This document shows positions 1-8,522 of a stretch of 36,585 nucleotides of DNA, in pieces. This stretch comes from Candidatus Marsarchaeota archaeon. GTDB taxonomy: Archaea; Micrarchaeota; Micrarchaeia; Micrarchaeales; Micrarchaeaceae. The first letter of the stretch is position 1, and each line of letters begins with the position of its first letter. The stretch lies in the NCBI GenBank assembly GCA_023485645.1, contig JAMCZM010000016.1:3210-39794 (forward strand), in the 5' to 3' direction. The notes under the pieces are model-generated. The model had not been told where the DNA came from, made no database searches, and worked only from the letters and a program-made list of their open reading frames with translations. The translations under genes were made by a program, and so were the position numbers.

Positions 1-11
1 CAAATCTTGCA

Positions 12-3000
12 TTGACAAACAACGGCAATGACCTATATCTTATAACTAGTGATGGGAAAATTGCGGATTTTAATACAATATCTAATTTAATAGTAAATAA
101 TTTAACGTATGCCCCTCCTACTAAAGTTTTGTCCCCGTTATTTACTAATGGCGGATCAAAAAAAATATATCTAATAAACACCCCATCCGGTGCAAATTCG
201 GAGGAGAATATGGGTATAACACCAATAATAAATAATGTAGCGCTAAGTAATATAAGTTTTAGTTCAAATCCTTACCCATATTATCCTGCAGCTGCGATAT
301 CGCCAAATGGCAATTACATATATGTTGCTGATTCAGGTGCAAATTTATTTAATGATAATATATACATATTAAATACAACCTCAGATGTGATAAATACAAT
401 AGAGCAAAATGCAATTATATTGTCAGATAATGTTATAGTTACCCCATCCCCAATTTATTTTGGGATGATGCCGAATGGGAAGAGTTTATATATGTCAGAA
501 TCGTGGGGCACGCATGGGTATCCAGGCAATGGCAATGCGACATTATCTATACTAAACACTACGACGCACGCAATATCAAATGCTATTGTATTTAGAGATG
601 CAATACCTGGATATATTGCAATCCCTAATAATAACTTTGCATATGTCTTAACCAATTCAGCAGATTATAATAACATAACAATAGTAAATTTGACTAACAA
701 CAACATCATAAAAAATATAAGTTTCGGTAATTTAATTCATCCAATAAAATTTTTAATCTCAAATCAGAGTGATGTTGCATATCTTATATATTTTGAAAGA
801 ATAAGAAATCAATTCAATACTACAAATACAACAAATGGCATATTTGCAATAAATCTTTTAAATAATACTATTATATCAAATTACACACTTAACAATGGTG
901 TGCAAGCGGCAGCACTTTCTTTAAATGGATCTAAAATTTATTATTCAGTATTTGGAACATACAAGCCATATTTATACATACTTAATACAGGTTTAATTAA
1001 ATATCAAACTTCAAATAACTCTGGCATATATAACATAGTTGCAAATACGCTTGGTAACTCAAATTATTCTAGTGAAAGTATCTCATCATCATTTACAATA
1101 GCACCTACTGGTTCATTGCTTGCAAATCCTATAACACCAAGCAATCCAATAATAGATGTTGGGCAAAGTATTACATTAAATTCTAATCCTACTGGTGGGT
1201 CACTGCCATATACATATCAATGGTATAGCGGTACAACTGCATGTTCAACTCAAATAAATAGTGGTGGCACATCTGAAAGTTATGTAGCAACTCCAAATTC
1301 AGATACATCATATTCTTACAAAGTTACTGATAATGTTGCAAACACTATATGCTCAGCTCTTACAAATGTAGTGGTAAATTCCGCCCTAATCGCTTCAAAT
1401 GTTCCGACATCAAGTGCTTCGACATTAGATAGTGGGCAGAGTGCAACGCTATCAATACTATCTCCAACTACTGGGTCGGCGCCATATACATATCAATGGT
1501 ATTCTGGAAGTTCTTCTTCATGCCAATCTGATAGTCCTATAACTAATACCAATGGTCTTTCATATATTGCAACGCCAACGTCCACAACTTATTACTGCGT
1601 TAAAGAGGCGGATAGTGCATACAATCCAGAAGTTGTATATACAAATACTTATAAAATATCAGTCACTCAAAATACCCTATCAACTCTCTCAATATCCCCA
1701 ACTTCTTACAATATAGACGATGGCCAAAGTATATCAATAACAATTGCATGGTCTGGCGGAACAGCGCCATACTCTGTATCACTTTATTCATCTTCAAGTT
1801 CATCCTGCAGCTCATCATCTACGCTCATTACAACCCAATCTTCTTTGAATACTAATAACGCTGTATTTCAATCATTAAGTCCGACAACCACAATTTATTA
1901 TTGCGCATATGTTACTGATAGTGCATCAAATCCATTAACACTAAATAGCAATACAATAAAAATAACTGTAAATCCGCAATTGACTGCGCCTACAATAACC
2001 CCGTCAAGTGTTGCAATAGATAGTGGACAAAATATTAAAATAGCATTAGGTGTGCAAACTACCGGAACATCCCCATATACCTATCAATGGTATAATGGTT
2101 CCTCGTCATGTCTTGATAGTTTAATTTCAGGAGCAACATCAAATTCTATAACAGTATCTCCAAATAGAAACATGTATTATTGCGCAAAAGTATTAGATTC
2201 TGTATCCTCACAAGTTTTAAGTGCATCATCAAATGTAGTCGTGTCTTTGGCCTTAGGCTCATTGTCAATAACTGCAAACAATCTAGTAATAGACGATGGC
2301 CAGCAGGTTAAAATTTCATCATCAATAACTGGTGGTACTACTCCATATACCTATCAATGGTATTCCGGGTCGTCTTCATCTTGCAGTTCGGATTCTCAAA
2401 TAAGCGGAGCAACATCAAATTCTATAACAGTATCTCCAACATCAACAACTTACTACTGTTTATCCATATCAGATTCAGCATATCAAAAAGAAAGTTCAGA
2501 ATCCACAGTGAAAATAACCGTAAATGCTCCATTACTATCTGGTGCTATAACTGCACCATCAAATTCAATCTATTTAACCCAAAATGTTGTATTAACTGCA
2601 AATCCAAGTGGAGGATCACTGCCATATACATATCAATGGTATTCATCTTCAAGTTCATCCTGCAGCTCATCATCTAATTTAATTGGCGGTGCCATAGAAT
2701 CAACATACACCGCATCACCTACTTCAAATACATATTATTGCTATGAAATAGTTGATTCTTTAGGGATGAGTGTATTATCCTCTACATATCTTGTTAACGT
2801 AAAGCCACTTCCAAATATTTTAATAACGCCAGAATATACAGTACTTGATTCTGGACAAACAGAAATATATCAGATAACTGCATATAATGGTATACCCCCA
2901 TTTAACGCTGCGCTTTATGATTTTAATAGTAATTCAATAGTAGGAAATGTTGCGTTAAACACGTTATCTACACCAAGTGACATATCATTTAATGTGTACT

Positions 3001-4517
3001 CTAATCAATTAAATAAAATATTTAAATATAACTCTATTGTGACAGATATTGGTAATGGAAATACGATATCCAATTCTTCATATAATAGCATAGTAGTAAA
3101 TCCTATGTTATCATTACTTATAACAACTCCAAATATAACGTTAAGCAGCAGCCAAAGCGAAACAATAAATTCAATTGTTAATAATGGAACAGCGCCATAT
3201 ACCTATCAATGGTATTCCGGGTCGTCTTCATCTTGCAGTTCGGATTCTCAAATAAGCGGAGCAACATTAAATTCTATAACAGTATCCCCAACATCAACAA
3301 CTTATTATTGTATTAGTGTAAAAGATAGTTCGCAAATCCCAGTAACATTATATTCAGATATGGAAAAAATTACAATAAACACGCAAACTTCTGGTGGCGG
3401 CGGAGGAGGAGGCGGCGGATTTGGTGGCGGCGGAGGAGGCGGCGGCAGCATCACAAAAAAAGTCATTCCTAATATTAAAATTGCAGGTTATGAAAATAAA
3501 AATGTGACATTAATATATAATAATAGCAGTGTAATTATTTCAGCATATAATATTTCAAATCCTGATAATATAATAGAGCTTACAATTAATCAAACATTGG
3601 AAAATTATTCTGGAAGTCTATCTTTTGGATTTACAACAATGAATTATACAATGAAGAAAAAGGTAGGCAGATATAACATAACTGCGCTTTCGGTCGCGGG
3701 AAATAAAAGAACATTTATATTAACAATAACAAATAATAGTACTATTGCAAATAATTTTATATTAAATCTAAGCAAATCTTTAGTAAATAAAACAATATCC
3801 AAAAACACGACAATAAATAGGAATTTTACAAATACTACTAATTCAACAAGTATCCCTTCAAATACGTTATCAAGTAAAAATGCAACAAAACAAATAATAT
3901 CTATAATAAATAACGGCAGCATTACATTGAATACAATTGTAAATAATTCTATTTCAAAAATAATCGGAAGAAATTTTGATATAAAAATACATATGCTCGA
4001 AAATACTTCAAATTCAATTGAACCGATAAACATAACAATTTCAAATAGTACTGGGAGCAAAATAAGTTCTCCTACAGGTTACTCAAAGAAATTAATTATA
4101 AATCTTACAATACATTATACCCAAACGCTGTTAAAATCCATATCTATAAATGAAACTTCAACGTGTAATTCTCGTAATCTTGTACCTTTTGTATATAAAA
4201 ATAATTCATGGGAGAAGGTCTTAAATTATACAGAAATTTATAGCGATGGAAATTGTACTGCGTCATTTAATTATTCTGGAACAAGTGCTGGAATTTTTGC
4301 CCCGATATATAGCAAAGCAACACAATCTAGCGGTTCAATAACCACGACAATTATATCTAGTAATTCGGCTAAAATAAACACAAATAGCATAACTACTTTT
4401 ATAAATACAATAAATATCAGTTACTTATATGATGTGGCGATATTAGTAACAATATTTATTATAATATACCTACTTTATCATATATATAAAATTGAAAAAA
4501 ATACCCCTAAGAATTGA
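12..4517 (+). CDS. Giant cell-surface protein (probably 5'-truncated by the window): YVTN/YncE-like beta-propeller, ~8 Ig-like repeats, poly-Gly linker, C-terminal domain and TM anchor
   Basis: Frame is open upstream of base 12 and no signal peptide is seen. Propeller-like motifs (AAISPNGNYIYVAD, GMMPNGKSLYMS, ALSLNGSKIYYS). Recurrent ~95-aa units with GGxxPYTYQWY...C...YYCxxxDS. Hydrophobic C-terminal helix followed by a Lys-containing tail. Many N-x-S/T sequons. Confidence 0.85.
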   Translation: MTNNGNDLYLITSDGKIADFNTISNLIVNNLTYAPPTKVLSPLFTNGGSKKIYLINTPSGANSEENMGITPIINNVALSNISFSSNPYPYYPAAAISPNGNYIYVADSGANLFNDNIYILNTTSDVINTIEQNAIILSDNVIVTPSPIYFGMMPNGKSLYMSESWGTHGYPGNGNATLSILNTTTHAISNAIVFRDAIPGYIAIPNNNFAYVLTNSADYNNITIVNLTNNNIIKNISFGNLIHPIKFLISNQSDVAYLIYFERIRNQFNTTNTTNGIFAINLLNNTIISNYTLNNGVQAAALSLNGSKIYYSVFGTYKPYLYILNTGLIKYQTSNNSGIYNIVANTLGNSNYSSESISSSFTIAPTGSLLANPITPSNPIIDVGQSITLNSNPTGGSLPYTYQWYSGTTACSTQINSGGTSESYVATPNSDTSYSYKVTDNVANTICSALTNVVVNSALIASNVPTSSASTLDSGQSATLSILSPTTGSAPYTYQWYSGSSSSCQSDSPITNTNGLSYIATPTSTTYYCVKEADSAYNPEVVYTNTYKISVTQNTLSTLSISPTSYNIDDGQSISITIAWSGGTAPYSVSLYSSSSSSCSSSSTLITTQSSLNTNNAVFQSLSPTTTIYYCAYVTDSASNPLTLNSNTIKITVNPQLTAPTITPSSVAIDSGQNIKIALGVQTTGTSPYTYQWYNGSSSCLDSLISGATSNSITVSPNRNMYYCAKVLDSVSSQVLSASSNVVVSLALGSLSITANNLVIDDGQQVKISSSITGGTTPYTYQWYSGSSSSCSSDSQISGATSNSITVSPTSTTYYCLSISDSAYQKESSESTVKITVNAPLLSGAITAPSNSIYLTQNVVLTANPSGGSLPYTYQWYSSSSSSCSSSSNLIGGAIESTYTASPTSNTYYCYEIVDSLGMSVLSSTYLVNVKPLPNILITPEYTVLDSGQTEIYQITAYNGIPPFNAALYDFNSNSIVGNVALNTLSTPSDISFNVYSNQLNKIFKYNSIVTDIGNGNTISNSSYNSIVVNPMLSLLITTPNITLSSSQSETINSIVNNGTAPYTYQWYSGSSSSCSSDSQISGATLNSITVSPTSTTYYCISVKDSSQIPVTLYSDMEKITINTQTSGGGGGGGGGFGGGGGGGGSITKKVIPNIKIAGYENKNVTLIYNNSSVIISAYNISNPDNIIELTINQTLENYSGSLSFGFTTMNYTMKKKVGRYNITALSVAGNKRTFILTITNNSTIANNFILNLSKSLVNKTISKNTTINRNFTNTTNSTSIPSNTLSSKNATKQIISIINNGSITLNTIVNNSISKIIGRNFDIKIHMLENTSNSIEPINITISNSTGSKISSPTGYSKKLIINLTIHYTQTLLKSISINETSTCNSRNLVPFVYKNNSWEKVLNYTEIYSDGNCTASFNYSGTSAGIFAPIYSKATQSSGSITTTIISSNSAKINTNSITTFINTINISYLYDVAILVTIFIIIYLLYHIYKIEKNTPKN
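1120..3385 (+). repeat. Tandem array of ~8 Ig/PKD-like domain repeats (~285 bp period) inside the surface protein
   Basis: PYTYQWY or variants at ~1206, 1482, 1766 (PYSVSLY), 2073, 2343, 2622, ~2897 (degenerate PFNAALY) and 3195. DNA at 2343-2459 matches 3195-3311 at 113/117 nt. Confidence 0.85.
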
Positions 4518-4547
4518 TGCTTTGCGTATTAAAAATTATGTGATGCT

Positions 4548-7500
4548 GTGAAATATAAGCTACTATACTTATCATTATTTATAATAATTATAGCAGTAAC
4601 TCTGATTTTTTTGCCTTCTGGTGTTCAAAAAATATCTATTAAAAAGCCACTAATATTCTCTCAGTCGGTTACGCCCCCTACTGGTGTATTATATTCAATA
4701 CCTATAAAATTAATCAATTCACAAAATGCTCCTACCCCAATAAATTTTCAACAAGAGCTTACTATTTATTTAAACAAGTCCTATATGGCTTCTGGGTTGC
4801 AAAATGTAGAATTTTTCTATCCTAATGGAAGCATAATAACTTCATGGATGCAATCATATAATACTACAAATCTTGGCGCGTATTATTTTGCGATATACTG
4901 GTTGAAGTTAAATGCACCTATTAATTCAAACAGTAATGAAACAATATATATGGGAGTAGGAAGTGTATCAACAAACTTCTTTAATTCAAAAACAACTGGA
5001 GAAGCTCCACAACTAAGCCAAATTTATGGTGAATACGATAATGGATTTAATGTTTTCAATTTGTATGATAATTTTGCTGGGAGAGTATTAAACACTAGTA
5101 AATGGAATAGTTGTAGCGGTTACATAGTGGATAATGGCTATACTGCAAATACCTCCAAATGTTCTGGAGCGTATTCCCAAATGCCCGCTCCAAAAGCGCC
5201 TAGCGGGTCTTTACAAAATCCAAGTACTGGTATAGTTTCAATGTATATATCAAATTCTTCTGGCAATGCTGTTGGGACACCGGTGGTCTGCTGGCTTCAT
5301 ATGGGCGGCTATTGCAATCCTTCTGTTGGTGTAAATAATGGCGCTCTTTTGTTATATTCCGGAGCTCAAGGTGCAGATAGCTATTTTTATGGGATAGATA
5401 TAATTACGGCAAATTCGTTGTCTAGCTATCAGAAATATACGATTAATTGGATGTTTATTAGTTATTACCCTCCAAATGGTGTAATGCCTACGTATGAAAT
5501 CGCAAGTTCCCCTGCAATTGCATTAAGCAATATTTCTTTATTATCTGGATGGTCTGGCGGTAGTTTTACATTTCCATCGCCAGTTCCCGTAGGTCCACAA
5601 GTATACTCAAATGGTACAATAACTGCTGTTTTAACAAATTATGCGGTTAGCGTATATACAAATTCTGGAAGCTATATTGGTCTGTTACCATCAAAAAGTC
5701 TAGGGTGGAATGGATATGGAATAAACCCACAATTCTATTATGATCATTTAACCAATAGGTGGATTATAATTACAGATGCTGATCCAAATGTAGATATTGG
5801 CGTATCTAAGACGGGAAATATTTTAGGACAATGGTATAATTATAGCATACCTGAAAATGGGGATTCAGATTATACTCAAATGGCTGTAAGTCAAAATAAT
5901 TTAGTAATAACTGCGGACATTTTTACTATAGGGGGTGGTTATTTTGTAAATAGCACTATTTTTGTAGTAAATAAAACAAAGCTTATAAAAAATAATGAGC
6001 TGTCATTTTCAAAATTAGTATATCCCTCATTCTTATTCCCGCAGCCCCTTACTCCTGTAGGAAGTGTACCTAATTCGGTATATGTGGTAAGCTCTTTTGC
6101 AACTTCTACGTCCACTGGTATATTTAATATATCCGGGCCTGCAGAATCGCCTATTATAAAAACATATTATCTTAGCGATAATAGACATTCACTTGAAGTA
6201 TTTAGTCATAATTTTAGCGATGGACCGACTGGTTCAAATACTATTCAGGCGACAGGAGGTCAGGGTGGTATAATTTATAAAGGAAATATCTGGTATGGTT
6301 TTGATACCACCTGTAATACTCATTCGACTCAATGTATACATGTAATGGAAATAAATATTTCAACTGGGAATATACTACAAACATTTAACATAGATAATAA
6401 TACTAATATGAATTTTGTAAATCCATCATTTTCGGCAGATGGTAGTGGGGATATAATAATAACATTTGAATATGGGAACGCAACGGCATATGGTAGTTTA
6501 GGTGCGGCGGTACAACTATCATCCGCCCAACCTAATACTATAAGTTATTTTATACCCCTAAAAGCGGGTATTGAAAATGTTGGTGGTAGATACGGCGATT
6601 GGAGCGGTAGTTCAACAAGTCCTAATGGGGATGTCATATACTCCGCCGGGCAGTATGCTGGAAATTTTGGCGAATCATCCCTATGGATACAGGCATTCTC
6701 TATAAATCATAATGCATTTACTACAACTACATCAACAAGTTCAACAACTTCCATATTATCAACTACATCAACAATACCTACAACTTCTACATTATCAACT
6801 ACAACAATATCACAATCTATTCCATCTACATCAACTACAACAATTCTTGCAAATCAAACAGTATCAAATAATTCTACGACTCCAACAACGACTATCAGTG
6901 GCGGCGGAGGAGGCGGATTCGGCGGTGGTGGTGGCGGCAGCATCACAAAAAAAGTCATTCCAAATATTGATATTTTAGGGTATAAAAATATGAATGTAAC
7001 CATAATTTATAATTCAAGTGATGTTCTTATTTCAGCATATAATAATTCAAATCCCGACGGGATAATAGAATTACTTGTAAATCAAATATTGGAAAATTAT
7101 TCTGGTGGGTTGTCGTTCGGGTTTACTGCTGTAAATTATACAATGAAGAAAAATGTAGGCGAATACAACATAACTGCAATATCCGTTTCCGGGAATAAAA
7201 GGACAGTAATTTTGAGAATAACAAATAATGCCACTGCCGTTAGTGATTGGAATAAAAAGAAAATGAATTCAAACTCTACTTCAAATGCAAATAGTTCAAT
7301 AGAAAAGAGAAATAATTTTACAATAATAAATTCAAGTGCCACAATAAAAAACAATTCAACGATATCAATCAACGCACTAATCAAGCATAATACTATAGGT
7401 AGAATTAATATTGGTAATATATCTATAGATTTATACCCTAAAAATTCGCTTCAAAATTATAGCTTAAATCTAGCGTTAGTAAATAAGACGGGCACGCTTA

Positions 7501-7946
7501 ATAATACGCCAGTAGGATATTCAAAATTATTTGTAATAAATTTATCAATTTCTAAATATAATGGTTCTATGGCAATTATGGTCAATAAAACTATAAATTG
7601 CGGTCTGTTAAATAATTACGCAATATTTCAATATCAATATGGCATATGGTTTGAAACATCCAATTATACTGAAACTGAAAAAAATAATGTTTGTAATATA
7701 AACTTTCCATATAACGGGTCATTGTCCGGTATATTTATATCCACGAAATTAAATAATTTGAATAATACAAATCCGATTCAAATAAATCAAAGTGAAAATT
7801 TAAGCGTGCACTTAAAATCAGGCAGCCAAAACGGTACAAATCAAACATTGGATTACATATATGATATAATTATAATATGGCTTATTTTATTTATATTATA
7901 CGAATTGCAAATTATTGTAAAAGCAAATAAGAACATAAAAAAATGA
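4548..7946 (+). CDS. Large surface protein: N-terminal signal/TM, DUF2341-like domain, beta-rich central domain, Thr/Ser linker, poly-Gly, C-terminal domain shared with the upstream gene, TM anchor
   Basis: N-terminal hydrophobic helix. Motifs LQNVEFFYPNGSIITSW, YWLKL, TGEAPQLS..YGEYDNG..VF..YDNFAG and YPPNGVMP. TTTTSTSSTT linker, GGGGGGFGGGGGGSITKKVIPNI, C-terminal TM plus basic tail. Domain name is by recollection. Confidence 0.8.
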   Translation: MKYKLLYLSLFIIIIAVTLIFLPSGVQKISIKKPLIFSQSVTPPTGVLYSIPIKLINSQNAPTPINFQQELTIYLNKSYMASGLQNVEFFYPNGSIITSWMQSYNTTNLGAYYFAIYWLKLNAPINSNSNETIYMGVGSVSTNFFNSKTTGEAPQLSQIYGEYDNGFNVFNLYDNFAGRVLNTSKWNSCSGYIVDNGYTANTSKCSGAYSQMPAPKAPSGSLQNPSTGIVSMYISNSSGNAVGTPVVCWLHMGGYCNPSVGVNNGALLLYSGAQGADSYFYGIDIITANSLSSYQKYTINWMFISYYPPNGVMPTYEIASSPAIALSNISLLSGWSGGSFTFPSPVPVGPQVYSNGTITAVLTNYAVSVYTNSGSYIGLLPSKSLGWNGYGINPQFYYDHLTNRWIIITDADPNVDIGVSKTGNILGQWYNYSIPENGDSDYTQMAVSQNNLVITADIFTIGGGYFVNSTIFVVNKTKLIKNNELSFSKLVYPSFLFPQPLTPVGSVPNSVYVVSSFATSTSTGIFNISGPAESPIIKTYYLSDNRHSLEVFSHNFSDGPTGSNTIQATGGQGGIIYKGNIWYGFDTTCNTHSTQCIHVMEINISTGNILQTFNIDNNTNMNFVNPSFSADGSGDIIITFEYGNATAYGSLGAAVQLSSAQPNTISYFIPLKAGIENVGGRYGDWSGSSTSPNGDVIYSAGQYAGNFGESSLWIQAFSINHNAFTTTTSTSSTTSILSTTSTIPTTSTLSTTTISQSIPSTSTTTILANQTVSNNSTTPTTTISGGGGGGFGGGGGGSITKKVIPNIDILGYKNMNVTIIYNSSDVLISAYNNSNPDGIIELLVNQILENYSGGLSFGFTAVNYTMKKNVGEYNITAISVSGNKRTVILRITNNATAVSDWNKKKMNSNSTSNANSSIEKRNNFTIINSSATIKNNSTISINALIKHNTIGRINIGNISIDLYPKNSLQNYSLNLALVNKTGTLNNTPVGYSKLFVINLSISKYNGSMAIMVNKTINCGLLNNYAIFQYQYGIWFETSNYTETEKNNVCNINFPYNGSLSGIFISTKLNNLNNTNPIQINQSENLSVHLKSGSQNGTNQTLDYIYDIIIIWLILFILYELQIIVKANKNIKK

Positions 7947-7951
7947 GAAAA

Positions 7952-8518
7952 TTATTTTTCACCGAAAACTAAGTATGCTGTGTGCCATATACCCTTTGTT
8001 GAAGGGCGCATGCCCTCTTTTCTTACGTATAAATCTCTTAGTATTACCTCAAATGTTATTATGTCTTTGAATTTCATTGTGTTCATTTTTGATACAAAGC
8101 GTTTTACTTGTTCCATTTGTGGTAAATAACCTACTAAAATACCATTTCCGCGCAAAGCAAGTTTTGCGTTCTTTACTGCTTTTTCAGCCATGGGCATATC
8201 TATTACGACAAGGTCAAAATCTCTTTCAGAAACCTTTTTAGTAAAATCCATATTCTTAATCTGCAAATTATCTAAGTTCTCATTTACTCTATTCTTTTCG
8301 GCAAGATTTGCAAAATCCTCCCTTATTTCATAGCTTACCACCCTATCTGCTATTCTTGCAAGAGATATTGCAAGCCATCCACTTCCAGTGCCCGCATCAA
8401 TGCATTTGCTTTTTTTATTTATTCCAGAATAAGATATTATGATTCCAATATCCTTCGGTAATATAACCTGTGGGGATCTCTTTAAGCGCTTGTAATGTTT
8501 TGGTAGATAAATATCCAT
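7952..8518 (-). CDS. trmI: tRNA (adenine57/58-N1)-methyltransferase, TrmI/GCD14 family, catalytic domain only
   Basis: LKRSPQVILPKD, SAM-binding DAGTGSG, VVSYEIREDF, VIDMP and C-terminal RPS..GIWHTAYL motifs. Confidence 0.9.
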   Translation of the reverse strand: MDIYLPKHYKRLKRSPQVILPKDIGIIISYSGINKKSKCIDAGTGSGWLAISLARIADRVVSYEIREDFANLAEKNRVNENLDNLQIKNMDFTKKVSERDFDLVVIDMPMAEKAVKNAKLALRGNGILVGYLPQMEQVKRFVSKMNTMKFKDIITFEVILRDLYVRKEGMRPSTKGIWHTAYLVFGEK

Positions 8519-8522
8519 AATA

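Noticed and set aside
2343..3311. 117-bp near-identical pair as a diversity-generating retroelement TR/VR
   Set aside because: All four mismatches are C/T on the coding strand rather than template-adenine substitutions. Both copies are in frame inside one gene, and no reverse transcriptase is present in the window.
1120..3385. Periodic CCATATACxTATCAATGGTAT motifs as a CRISPR array
   Set aside because: Spacing is ~285 bp, the motifs encode PYTYQWY within a long ORF, and no cas genes are present.
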